A stretch of 63,382 bases of DNA, filler included, from Octopus bimaculoides (lineage: Eukaryota): assembly GCF_001194135.2 (NCBI RefSeq). It is 7 parts of 7 records of this genome, joined end to end, with 100 filler letters (N's around TTAATTAATTAA, not from the genome) between each part and the next. Parts side by side here need not be neighbours in the genome. Positions count along the whole stretch, not along the records: positions 20,406 to 42,730 come from NC_068997.1; 6 more parts are not named here. One strand, 5' to 3'. Below the pieces are notes generated by a model. It did no database searches, was not told the origin of the DNA, and worked only from the letters and a program-made list of their open reading frames with translations. Below are positions 25,047-37,786 of the stretch, piece by piece. The number at the start of each line of letters is the position of its first letter. Position 1 is the stretch's first letter. A program made the position numbers and the translations under genes.

Positions 25047-26160
25047 TCATCATCATCATCATTTAATGTCTGTTTTCCGTGCTAGCATGGGTTGGATGGT
25101 TTCACAGGAGCTGACCAACTGAAGAGCTGTTCAGGCTCCCTGTCTGATTTGACATGGTTTCTATGGCTGGATGCCCTTCCTAACACCAATCACTTTACAG
25201 AATGCACTGGGTGCTTTTACACAGCACCAGTGCAGGTGCTTTTTCTGTGACACCAGCACCTACAGGCCAGCAAGATTAGGAAAGCTCAACTGGAAAGGGT
25301 TACTTAGCTTGACATGTCTTTTCAAGCACAGCCAACCACCAGGAGTCTCAGTCCCCTATCATCCCCTCTGTGAGTCCCAACGTCTGTACATCCTTTCTCA
25401 TCACTTTGTCTCACGTCTTTCTCGATCTACTCCTTCCACATGTTTCCTCTATGATTAGAGATCAGCACCTTTTGCCTCACCAGGAAGATGGTGCTTTTCC
25501 TTGGCACAAATCCAGACTGTATCTCATCTATGTTAACTCCCTTCCTAATTAATTGAGCTACGACCCTCTCTGTAACTTTCACTATCTGGTCCAACCATTT
25601 GATACTACTGTAATTATTTCTGTCTAGGGTGTCACCTTTGCCTTTGTAGCAGTTGATTACAATGCTGCTACACCAATTATTGTGTATGACTCCCTCAGGG
25701 ACAACTTGATTAACTTTACAGGTGACCAGGTTATAACTCACCCCACCAGAGATTTTTAGCATCTCAGCAGTGACCCTTGATGGGCCAGAGGCTTTCCTAG
25801 TCTCAATATCCTTAATTGCTTTGTCTACTAAGTTACTGTCAATTGGAATAGCTGACCCTTCTTTTGGGTCCACATAGGGCAGGCTCTCCTTCTCCTAAGC
25901 ATTCTTTATATTTAGTAGCCTTTCATAGTGGCACTTCTAAACCTCTTACTAAGCAAAATTGCTAACTGCGTGTGAACCATTATCCATGTAAACACATTTC
26001 TCCCCCACCACATCACAGTTTACTCTGACACACTGTCTTGCAAACTGAGACACTTCAAGCCTCTGGGCCTCATGATTCAGAACATTGGCAAACTTCCTTC
26101 TCTCTGCTTCTCCCCTGGCTAAATACACCTGTCTTCTAACCTCTCTCCTAGCTACTTGAT
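25047..26160 (-). mobile_element. Internally deleted RTE LINE: RT N-terminal part fused to ORF C-terminus and 3'UTR
   Basis: KAIKDIETRKASGPSRVTAEMLK...YKGKGDTLDRNNY...QSGFVPRKSTIFLVRQ joined at about 25475 to the C-terminal ETCGR...KT*DKVMRKD...AVLEKT segment; (GAT)n tail at 25047. Confidence 0.9.
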
Positions 26161-26234
26161 ATATGTGCGTGCGCATGTGTATGTGTGTGTGTGTATATAT
26201 GCATATATTTATATTTATGTATATATAGATACAT

Positions 26235-26478
26235 AATTAATAAAAAAAAACAAAGAAAGACACAAGAAAAAAACGAAGGAATAAACAACAATGCAAGGAT
26301 GTGGTACATGCAAAGTATTATATATATATAGTCAATTCAAAGGTATGTATATATTAATATATATACATATATTCATATTTATGTATATGTATATAGATAT
26401 ATGATTAATAAAAAAACAACGAAAAAACGAAGGAAAAAAACAACAATGCAAGGACGTGGTACATGCAAAGTATTATAT
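26235..26478 (-). repeat. Two direct stubs of the 9045-9200 repeat, separated by (TA)-rich DNA
   Basis: AAACAACAATGCAAGGA(T/C)GTGGTACATGCAAAGTATTAT occurs at about 26283 and 26438; both stop before the hammerhead. Confidence 0.7.
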
Positions 26479-26799
26479 ATATATATACATACACACATGC
26501 ATATATATATATATATTCATATAAATGTATGTATGTATATATGTATATATGCACACACATATATATATACATGGGTGTATGTGTTATAGTATATATGACT
26601 ATCATCATCATCATGTCTCATGAGGCCTGCTTCTCATAAAAAGCTGTCAGTGCCTCCTCTCGATTGTGTCTACCACTCAGGTCATCCGTGGTGGGATTTG
26701 AACTCAGAATGCAAAGAAATGGAATAAGTACTGCAAAGTATCCGGTTAGTTTCTACAGATCTGCCAAACTACTACCATGGATTGGTTGTGTATAACTGG

Positions 26800-26965
26800 T
26801 GAAGGCCCATGGATTAGTGGTTAAGGTATTCTGTTCATGATCATAAGGTTATGAGTTCAATTCTTCGTGGCATGTTATGTCCTTGAACAAGACACTTTAT
26901 TTCATGTTACTTCAGTCCACTCAGCTGGCAAAAATGGGTTGTGCCTATAATTCAAACAGCCAGCC
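26800..26965 (+). mobile_element. SINE family C
   Basis: GGCCCATGGATTAGTGGTTAAGG...GAGTTCAATTC...TGTCCTTGAACAAGACACTTT...CAGTCCACTCAGCTGGCAAAAATG. Confidence 0.8.
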
Positions 26966-28274
26966 TTGAAGATTGAAGATCAAGTCTATTGGAACATAGA
27001 GTAGATGTAAATATTAAATAATAATCCATTTTCTTTTTTTGATCTCTAAAGAGGATGTTAATTAGTTAGAAAAAAGTATAATCTTATTAACAACTCAGAC
27101 ATTTTAAAAATTTAATTTAATTAAACCTAATTCTTCAACACTCCAGGAAATTAAATTTAGTGATCTCTAACAGAGAACAGTATGCAGCATCTTTACGCAC
27201 CACCATTTCCACCTCTACCCCAGAGCTCCAAGGATTAGACACATCCTTAACAACTAAGACATTGATGGCTAAATTAATCTGCATCATAGTTCTCATATTC
27301 TCATATTTTAAGTTCTAAATTTATTTCACAATAAAAATGGAATGGCCAGTCTTAGAATGCTGAATCAACAATTCTTTGATTCTTTAATCAATATTCTACA
27401 AGCAACCAATGCTGTTCAAACAAAGAATTGAATCAATGTAGCTGTCAGATATTCTTTGAAGGCATGATGATGTGGTTAAGAAGTTTGCTCTTTATCTACA
27501 TGGTTTTGAGTTCAAGGTGCTGCATAGGCAGCACCTTGGGCAAGAGTCTTGTACTACACAGTCTCTGGTCTACCAAATCCTTTTGAGTGCAATTTGGTGA
27601 ACAGAAACTATTTAAGTGTAGTACAGGGATCATTCCTGTTCTTGGGAGATTGTCTTAATTCAATGCCAGCTTAATTCCATCACCTGACCTTTGGGTACAG
27701 GTACCTTTGACAAGTCCCTTAACTCCATGAGATCTGTTTGGGTATTTCAGCTATGAAGCATATCTTGGGCAAGAAAGCCTGCTGAAGCCCATTGCTCTTC
27801 AGGCTAAACTCATTTCTAAAACTGAGTGGACTGGAGCAACATAAAATGAAGTGCTTTGCTCAAAAACACAATAGACCACCCAGTCCAAGGATTGAAACCA
27901 CAATATTTTTTTGCAGGCATGACTGTGTATTTAAGGAGTTTGCTTTTTCCTCCATGTGGTCTGAGGGTTAATCCCACTATGCAGAACCCAAAGCAAATGT
28001 TTTCTACTACAGTCTCTGGCCAACCAAAATCTTGTGAATGAAACTTGGCAAATAAAAACTATGAGCAAGCATTGTGAAAGGATTGTTCCTGCTCTTAAGA
28101 GATAGACTGAATCTAGTCTTAAGTTTAGCATCACCACCTGGTCTTTGTGTGCTTTTGGCAGTGCCTATCCTGTTATGAACCAGTGGGCCTAGACTCTATT
28201 TGATGATAACTCTACCCTTCATCCCTCCTTCCCAATCTTACAGAAACAAAAATGTGTCATAGCAGGTTTAAGGG

Positions 28275-28420
28275 GGGTGAGCTCACAGAATTTTTAGCAT
28301 GCCAGACAAAATGCTCAGCAATATTCCATCTGGCTTTGTGTTCTGAGTTCAAATTCCACTGAAGCTGATTTTGTCTTTCATCTTTTTTAGAGCTGGATAA
28401 AACATGTACCAGTTGAGTAC
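28275..28420 (+). mobile_element. SINE family B (sense copy)
   Basis: GGTGAGCTCACAGAAT...GAGTTCAAATTCC...CTTTCATC...GTACCAG. Confidence 0.75.
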
Positions 28421-28469
28421 TTGGGTAATGAGTGCAACATAAAAAGCACCAATGATGGTGCCTCAAAAA

Positions 28470-28710
28470 AAGTACTAAATGCACTCAGTAAAGTGGTGGG
28501 TATTAGAAAGGGCATCCAGCCACAAAAGCCATGCCATAGTAGGTAATGAAGCCAGGTGCAGCTCCTGATCATACCAGCTCCTGTTAAATCATCCAACTCA
28601 TGCCAGCCTGAAAAATGGATATTAAATGACGACAGTGGCAGTGGTGACGATGACAACGACGATGACGATGACAACGACGACGTTGATGACGATGACAATG
28701 ATGATGATTC
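28470..28710 (+). mobile_element. RTE-type 3' tail with (GAC/GAT)n
   Basis: Homologous to 23430-23590 (AGAAAGGGCATCCAGC...CCAACTCATGCCAGC...TTAAATGAC). Confidence 0.75.
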
Positions 28711-28728
28711 TTTTTTATGTATTTGCAG

Positions 28729-28845
28729 TACCAACGCAAGCCGTAATTTTTCTAGTAGTCGTAGGAGGATGCCTGCTTTTCCTCATTATATTATACATAT
28801 TCCTTGAGAAGAAATCATGTTTTGCTGGGCTGCAGATTTTAAAAG
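28729..28845 (+). CDS. SYT14: Internal coding exon (117 bp, phase 1-1) encoding a single transmembrane segment; synaptotagmin-14-like N-terminus
   Basis: Acceptor TTCTTTTTTATGTATTTGCAG|, donor AAG|GTAAGT. Peptide (V)PTQAVIFLVVVGGCLLFLIILYIFLEKKSCFAGLQILK aligns without gaps to the SYT14 TM as I recall it (PEAVGFLSAVG...YINKKFCF: AVxFL, VG, KKxCF). No C2 domains seen in the window, so the symbol is provisional. Confidence 0.65.
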
Positions 28846-29065
28846 GTAAGTTTCTTGCTTTATAATCATTTCAGTAAAAATATTGCGGACAACATTCAGA
28901 AAACAAAACTATTTCTCTTTCAGATTGTCAACATTATTTATAAACATGATGTTTTTCCTTTTATCTGTTATCATTTACTCGTTTCATTTATTAGACTACA
29001 GCGATGCTGGGACACTGCCTTGAAGGATTTTTTGTCAACTGTATCAACCCCAGTACTTAATATCT

Positions 29066-30113
29066 TTAAAGGATTATGCGCATAGCATTTGAAAGAGATT
29101 GGAAGAGGTGGAAATCTGTTGGTGCCAAATCAGGAGAATATGGCGGGTGTGGCAGCACTTCCCAGCCATGTGTTTGAATGGCTTCCTTGGTCATATAGGT
29201 GATATAAGGGCGGGCGTTGTCATGCAGCAGAACTCCATGCTGCAGATTAGGTCTTTTCTCTTGAATTGCCATGTTGAGTCGTTCCTTCTGTTGAACATGG
29301 AGTTCCACGTTAACTGTTTGGTTCCATTCAAGTAATTCATAATGGATAATCCCTTCCCAGTCCCACCATACACACAACATCGTTTTACACAGATGAAGAT
29401 CTTGTTCCACGCGTGGTGTCATTTGTTTACCGAGGCTAAGCCATTCCCCACACAGCTTCATATTAATGTACAGGCACCATTTTTCGTCACCAGTAATAAT
29501 TCGGTAAAGACATCATTGCTTGTGTCCATGAGTTGAGCGGTGATGAGTGAGCAAACCAGCGGAGATTGTGACCCATTGATGTTTGTTGTCACTTAAAGCA
29601 TGCGGAACCCATGCTCCATACTTCTGAACCTTTCCCATTGAGTGAAGATGCTTCTCTATAGCAGTGTGGGAACATTCCATATTCTCTGCTAGTTCCCTTG
29701 TCGTTTGATGAGAATTTTCGGGCAAAAGTTGGTTTAATCGCTCTTCATCGAACTCAACTGGAAGCCCAGAACGAGTTGCATCTTTGAGGTAAAAATTTCC
29801 ATTTTTGAACTTGGCATATCAATCATGAGCTGTTCTTTTAGCTATGGCACCCTCTCCATACACAGCACAAATGTCACGAGCAGCTTTTGTGGTCTTAGAG
29901 CCTTGATTAAAAGCAAAAAGAAGGAGGTGTCGAAAATGCTTGTTTTTCTTAATTTGACATTCTATTTTAATGATCTGAAAATAAACAAAACTTAACTAAA
30001 ATTAACTAGAAAAAAAAAACAAAAGAGATTCCAAAATGATTCAAAAATAGAATTCTCAAAAAAAATAGATTCCAAAATTTAAAAAAACAGCAGGAACATA
30101 GTTGCCAACCCAA
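29066..30113 (-). mobile_element. Mariner transposon, 3'-truncated; transposase in one frame with two stops and ATG mutated to ATA
   Basis: ITR TA|TTGGGTTGGCAACTATG at 30115-30097. From 29965: (M)ECQIKKNKHFRHLLLFAFNQG...GAWVPHAL...IITGDEKW...HDNARP...HPPYSPDLAPTDFHLF. Confidence 0.95.
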
Positions 30114-30649
30114 TACCTAATGCTCCTAGAAGAGGATACCTATTTTTGATCTCTTTGTATTGAGTTTTTACCAAATTTTCTCGTTTCTGAATATGTTTCC
30201 ACAAATTATTGTTATTTCTCTTTGACAAAGACTTCATTCTATTTTATGTATCACAAATCTTCTGTTTCCATATCTACCAAGATGTTCTTACTAAGAAACG
30301 TCAGGAGAATATCATAAAAATGACCTTGTCTTTGGACAAATCTGGAATATTCTCCAAAATGTCAAATGTTTCTTTCTCATTCAATTCAGCCTCATTGATT
30401 TTGAAGTATTTTGGAAAAAATATCTTAAAATTTCCAATCTTCTAAATATTTCTTCTTTTTAAAACTATTTGATAATTAATTTGGTCAGTTTTGTTTAATT
30501 TTATGCAATGCAAAATAATATTATAAAAGAAAAAAGAAGAATGTGTTGTAGATTTTTTTCAATGTTTTCTTTTTGTTCGTTTAAGATTTCTATTTGATGT
30601 TTGAACTAATTCATATGTATTTGATATCTGAACTGCTATCTATCTACAG

Positions 30650-30694
30650 AGTCTGCCAAAAGAATGTATACACACTTCAGGAAAGGAAAACTGT
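30650..30694 (+). CDS. Candidate 45-bp exon ((E)SAKRMYTHFRKGKL), phase 1-1
   Basis: CTAAT branch-like site at 30605, CTATCTACAG| acceptor, GTAAAT donor; phase fits the TM exon. Alternative donors possible. Confidence 0.3.
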
Positions 30695-30939
30695 GTAAAT
30701 ATTTAACTTGTATAAGTACCTCTATAAATATAGATACCTCTTTCGATGTTTTATAAAACTGTGAAAACACTGAATAAATTGCAATAACACCGAAAATATT
30801 TATACAGATCTTTCCATTCCTAAAGTCTATGTACATTGCTTTGGTAGACTCTGTAATTGTTAACCAAAGCTAAGCATAAGTGAATGTCTGCTCCTGAAAC
30901 TATATAATCACTGTAGTGATATATGAATTCATTCCTTGA

Positions 30940-31155
30940 TATCTTTTATCTTTCATTGGTCTGTCATTAGACTGTGGCCATGCTAGGGCATCACCTTGAA
31001 GAACTTTTAGTCAAATGAATAGACTCCAGTACATATTTTTTTCAAGCCTGGAACTTATTCTATCAGTCTGTTAGGCCAAACTGCTAAGTTACGGGGACAC
31101 AAACACACCAACATCAGTTGTCAAGTGGTGGTGTGAGACAAACACAGACACAAAG

Positions 31156-31197
<42 letters not shown>

Positions 31198-31270
31198 GAT
31201 AGGCTTCTTACAGTTTCTGTCTACCAAATCTACTCACAATGCTTTGGTTGGTCCAAGGTTATAGTAGAAG
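30940..31270 (-). mobile_element. SINE family A with internal (CA)(TA) microsatellite
   Basis: Both halves are present either side of 31160-31195. Confidence 0.8.
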
Positions 31271-31650
31271 ACATGTAAAGATGGACAAACTACCACTAGG
31301 CATTTTGTTCGGAGTGCTTACAATCAGAATGTAAAGATGGACAAAATACCACTAGGCATTTTGTTCGGAGTGCTTACAATTCTGCCAGCTCACCGCCTTG
31401 TTTGGAATATAAATTNNNNNNNNNNGACCCCAGTAGTCAAATGGTACTTATTCCATTGACACCAATGCTCAACTGGTACTCGTTTCATTAACCTCCAAAT
31501 GGATGCAGAGGCAAAATTGACTTCGACCTCCAAATGGATGCAAAAGTAAAATCGACTTCAGTAGAATTTGAACTCAGAATGTAAAGATAGATGAAATGCC
31601 ACTAAGCATTTTGCCTGGCATGCTAACGGTTCTGCCAGCTTACCAACTTC
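31271..31650 (-). mobile_element. Two SINE family B copies; the first has an internal duplication of about 56 bp
   Basis: ATGTAAAGATGGACAAA..ACCACTAGGCATTTTGTTCGGAGTGCTTACAAT occurs twice; the second copy at 31425-31650 has a duplicated CCTCCAAATGGATGCA. Confidence 0.8.
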
Positions 31651-32382
31651 TTGAAAACATAAATTAACATGAAGTGTTAATGGGAGATTTTTAATTTAAA
31701 TCACTTTAAAACAGGAAACTTGTATCATTGGAGGAAGGGTGGTCTCATGTGGATTTGTATCAAAATTATTGTGTTGATACAAAATCACATGCTTACAGCA
31801 AAATCTTGACCATTACATGCCTACTGAACCATAGTGGTTAATATAGTTGTGCAAGTCACTGACTAATTAAAATACAAAGCTAATTAATCTATTTACATTG
31901 CATATGTAGATTGTCTGGCCATTTCAGTGGCTTGACTCAGTAAGAGAAAAAATGTTTTTGTAATGTTTTATAAAATGTTGCTCCTTTACAAGATAATTAT
32001 ATAATTTATATGTTACATCCAGCCAAGTTATTGATTTGGCAAGAATTCAAGCCAAAAAGAATACAAGAAACCAAAGATTAACTGAGTTAAATAAATGCCA
32101 AGTTTTCATTTTAAAACGTCCCCACACTAAATTTCAGTAAGCCAGATGGAAATTATTTCTTGAAAATATATTTAAAGATACTTCTAAAATTCTAAAACAT
32201 TATTTTGTTCTGGTATTGCTCTGTTCATGCAGAACTGGTTCTGAACAACAACAGTAATTAACCTTTATATGCACGCACGCACACACACACACACACACAC
32301 AAATGTATTGAATTCATGACATTATAATAAAAGTACTTTAACCATCTACGTTTTTATGCTGGTCTTATGTGTATAAAGATAT

Positions 32383-32735
32383 AGGTGCAGGTGTGACTGA
32401 GTGGTAAGAAGCTTGCTTCCCAACCACATGGTTTCAGGTTCAGTCCCGCTGTGTGGCACTTTGGGTAAGTGTTTTCTGCTATAGTCTCAGGCAGGCCAAA
32501 GCCTTCTGAGTGGATTTGGTAAACAGAAACTGAAAGAAGCCTGTCATGTATACATATGCATGTATGTATATATTATGTGTGTGTCTTTGTGTTTGTGTTT
32601 GTCCCCCCACCATTGCCTGACAACCGATGCTGGTGTGTTTATGTCACCATAACTTAGCAGTTCAGCAAAAAGTAACTGATACAATAAATACCAGGTTTAC
32701 AAAAAATAAGTCCTGAAATTGATTTTTTCGATTAA
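32383..32735 (+). mobile_element. SINE family A, near full-length sense copy
   Basis: Head GGTGCAGGTGTGACTGAGTGGTAAG, B box GGTTCAGTCCC, CORE-like GGCACTTTGGGTAAGTG, internal (TA/TG)n, then the 3' half. Confidence 0.85.
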
Positions 32736-32884
32736 NNNNNNNNNNNNNNNNNNNNNNNNNNNNNNNNNNNNNNNNNNNNNNNNNNNNNNNNNNNNNNNNN
32801 NNNNNNNNNNNNNNNNNNNNNNNNNNNNNNNNNNNNNNNNNNNNNNNNNNNNNNNNNNNNNNNNNNNNNNNNNNNNNNNTCATG

Positions 32885-33430
32885 ATAGGGTGTGGTGAAA
32901 AAATTGTGTAAATTACGCAAAAATGAAAATAACACTTATCTCATTTTAACAGATATATTTACCAAAAATACATAAAAATATCCTTAAATACTAAATAGTA
33001 AATTTATTCAATAAAATCGCCATTGGCTTCAACCATAGCCCCCGGACAACTTCAGAATCTAGTGCAACACTTCTGGATGATCTCCTTGATTAATTGGTGA
33101 ATGCTGCCATAATTCTTGCCTTCATTTCATCTTTGGTGTTTCAAGGAGTTTTGTTGGTCTCTTGCTTGACTGCACCCATCCTTTGGATGGTTTAAGTTGC
33201 TTTGGTGGTATTTTTTTCACCAAATAATTGAACTACTGAGAAGTTTTATGAGTAGCATGGCAATCTATGTTTTTGATTAACCTAGGAATGGAAAACCAAA
33301 TTGAAGGTTGGTTATTGTGGAGATCATTGCACTTTAATGATCATAGAACATATAAGTTTGCAAGCGATGCAAAGTAGAGCTGCTGAAGTAAAATATGCAC
33401 TGTTTTACGAAAGAGTTGTACAAGCCCAAA
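32885..33430 (-). mobile_element. Deleted Tc1/mariner-superfamily (maT-like) element
   Basis: Transposase end NTKDEMKARIMAAFTN*IKEIIQKCCTRF*SCPGAMVEANGDFIE* (33140-33004); TIR-like AGGGTGTGGTGAAAAAATTG at 32888. Confidence 0.65.
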
Positions 33431-34504
33431 GGATGTAGAAACAAGAAGTAAACTGAAACCCTTGTAGCACTGGATTCAATCCCGCGCTTTGCCACATACT
33501 AATCTCAGGCCACAGTTCAGTTATAGTTTGAGCATGTGCACAATTGAGATTTTCTCCAATAAACAACTGTTGTTCACGTGATAGTTTGGTGGTCCAACTA
33601 GAACCTTCCATGAGCAGGGCCTACAAATACAGCCATATTGAGTGCCAAAATTCAGAGTGTTTTGGGTTGAGTTGTGTTACACTCTCCCAATAGCTGTTCG
33701 GACAGCTGCATATTCAATCAATATTAATCGAAGATACGTTACGGCACCTTAATATTTACTTAGTATATAAAAAAACTAGCCCCTGTGTTGAGTTGCTAAC
33801 AGATACTTTCCTTTCGTGTCATATTACGCTGTTTCATCTAGATGTTTCCATTAATTGTATTGCATGAACACCTTTCCTATTAATGTAACAAATAAATTAA
33901 ATCCAAACACATTGAAAATAAAAAATAATACATCCTGTTACACCCTTATAGCCATATCACCATTCAAGAAACTTTCTTTCGGTATAAAGTTACAAATCTG
34001 ATTAAGTCTGGAAGACTCAACAGTTTCAGTGAAACACAACCATATGTTACCAATCGCTTCCAACAAAATCCATACAGTCCAATACGGCAAACTTTAAAAG
34101 TGTTCTCTGTTTCACACAGCTCTACTTTTCCCATGCTATTATATTCAAATATAATGGCATAGGAAGATTTCAATTATGGATAGTTTAGAAATTAACTAAT
34201 GATGGTAAATGTACGAGACTGGCCGTATGTGACCATTGTTTCAAAAACCAGAGACTCAAACTGTGTTGGGAATATTTTGTTCAGTGATGAAGCTATATCT
34301 AATGTTTGGGGTATTGTCAACATGTCAAATATGCTGTTATAAAAAACCCTCACAAAATACCTTGATTGTCACTTTCAATCGTGGGGAGGTAATACAACAC
34401 AGTATCGTTTTGGTCCCTAACTTTTTGATGCCACTATAACAAAAGATACATGAAATTTTCCATAATAGTTAGTTGTCACTGTGCTATGAGAGACACATAA
34501 GGTC

Positions 34505-35110
34505 ACAACACGATCTCTCTAACCTGCTCTGTTTTCTGCCACAGTTCTGGTCTCATTTCAGCTTCTCCAGCCTTCTCATCTCTTTTCCTTGTCAATGGTC
34601 CTTCACCATGTAGCTTTAGGGTTGCCCAGCTGCCCTTTCTTCTTCAGGCTGCCACTTTAGTGCCACCATACAATTGTTTTCTCGATCTTGTTCAAAGACA
34701 TGTCAATCCACTTCCAGTGTCTGTGTTACAGAAACTGCAACAGACTTCGAAATAACTTCAGTGAAACCTACTTTGTTGCAAGTATTTGGGTTTTTGACAT
34801 CTTTAACACCATTGCCAGGCACATTAGGGTTAGTTGTTTCTCCCCAAGCCAAGTCAAACATGAGGTCGCAATATGATCTCTCCCACCAGATCTGTTTTCT
34901 GTAACTGTTCTGGTGTCATTTCAGCTTTTCCACCCTTCTTGTCTCCTTCCCTTATCAATGGTCCTTCAGCATGTGGTTTTAGGGCACCCTGTTGCTCTTT
35001 CTTCCTCGGTCTGTCACTGTAGTGCCACCATACAATCGCTTTCTTATTCTTATCTGAACATGTGTCTGATCCAGTCCCAGGGTCAGCATCTTATTTCATC
35101 ACTGATCCTA
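34505..35110 (-). pseudogene. Two tandem diverged RTE-clade ORF C-termini (34505-34740 and 34885-35110)
   Basis: WDWIRHMFR...DCMVALQ*QTEEERATGCPKTTC*RTIDK...EGWKS resembles RWxWIGHVLR...ALxW.PEG.R.RGRPKTTWRRT. Confidence 0.65.
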
Positions 35111-35599
35111 TTGATGCCTGTTGTCGTCTCAACTATGTTATTTCAGAATCTTTGCAGATATTTAATGTAAAATATTTTCCTTAATCATGTGAATTTGAAG
35201 CTGTGGATCATTTTTTTTCTTTTCCCCCCATTTTTGTTACTTTCCAGCTTTCACATCCATAGAGTAACACTGATCGTACCAATGTCTTGAACAGTTTCAG
35301 CTTTGTTGAGTTGATTACAGACACAGCAACAGATCAAAACCTATTCGTTTTCATAATACCATACTCAATAATTAAAATAGTTGACAGTACTCCGAACATG
35401 AAAATTAGTTTCATCATTGAATAAAGTATTCATACAGTAGTTTGTGTCTCTGAATATTGAAGTCAATGACATGTTCACACATAACCAATTCTTGCATATT
35501 TATGATTGCCAATTAATTTCTGAGATATTCTCAAATGAAAAGCATTTCTTACTACTGTATTTCAAATACCTTTGAGTAGAAATGTATGCAATAGAGAGC

Positions 35600-35900
35600 T
35601 GTTGTATTGAAATGAGTAGATTCTGTTGAGAATGAATGGTAACAGATAGATGCTGTTTCACTGAGGCTGTTTGGCCTTCCAGATTTTGGTAAGTCCTCAA
35701 CTGATTCTGATCCTTGGGGTAAAAATATTCTCAAGCATTATTCTATAAGATGATGCAACTCAATGTAGAGAAATTCTTCATTAATGCTCGATGCATTGGT
35801 AGAAAACAGATGGACAGATCTTTTGGCTATCTAGAAATCATGATCTTGATTTTTTTCTTTTGGAGCTATCTTCATGATCAGTTCTGTGGAACTGCAATCA
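35600..35900 (-). pseudogene. Possible Tc1/mariner HTH fragment
   Basis: QGSESVEDLPKSGRP resembles the ExVEDxPRSGRP motif; short. Confidence 0.4.
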
Positions 35901-36179
35901 CAGACATTGAGTATTTAGAATGAAGAATCTTAGAAGCAATGAAAATTTAGATCACAATGCTCTTGGCAAATCCGATTTTAGCTGTTGAAAACAAAAATGT
36001 TGATAATCTACTGGACATTTTGAACTGCTTGCTAAGTAAAATGGCATGAACTTTATTTAGAAACTCTACAACTTTTTACTTGTCTGTCTGCCTCTGTCTC
36101 AATTTCTGTTTCTCTGCATACATGTATATATATGTATGAACACATACTTATACACTCTCTCCTCTCTCACACACACACA

Positions 36180-37200
<1,021 letters not shown>

Positions 37201-37214
37201 TATACATATCTTTT

Positions 37215-37420
37215 ATCATTTACTTGTTTCAATAATTAGATTGTGGCCATGCTGGGGTACCGCCTTGAAGTATTTTGGTCAAATGAATTGACCCTAATAC
37301 TTTTTCTTTTCAAAGCCCGGAACTTATTCTATCAGTCTGTTTTGCCGATCCGCTAAGTTACGGGCATGTAAACACAACAATGCCAGTTGGTGTTGGTGGT
37401 AGTGGGGGACAAACTCAAGC
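37215..37420 (-). mobile_element. SINE family A, 3' half
   Basis: TGTGGCCATGCTGGGGTACCGCCTTGAAG...CGCTAAGTTACGGG. Confidence 0.8.
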
Positions 37421-37754
37421 ATACACATGCACATACATGTGCAGACACACACACACACACACACACATATATTTCTATACATATATATTAGTCAATAGTT
37501 CATATATCCAAAACAGAAGCAGACTCTAATACAATAAAGCAGTAATATATTTAAAAGGTCATTTATTATGGCTGGTCAGAGAGTGACCATTAGTTTTGCA
37601 CCTATAAAGCGCTTAGCTGTATAAGCATAGCACGAATTTATATTAGTTTCCCTGTTCGTTTCACCATAGTAGTCATTTGTAACTTTGCACTGGATGTTCC
37701 AAGTGCAGGTCGATGCTCAACTGTCAATGGTTGCAATCATAAATCTATTTTTAT

Positions 37755-37786
<32 letters not shown>

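Noticed and set aside
30130-30445. Protein-like minus-strand stretch (KINEAELNEKETFDILENIPDL)
   Set aside because: Multiple stops, no splice signals, no recognisable family.
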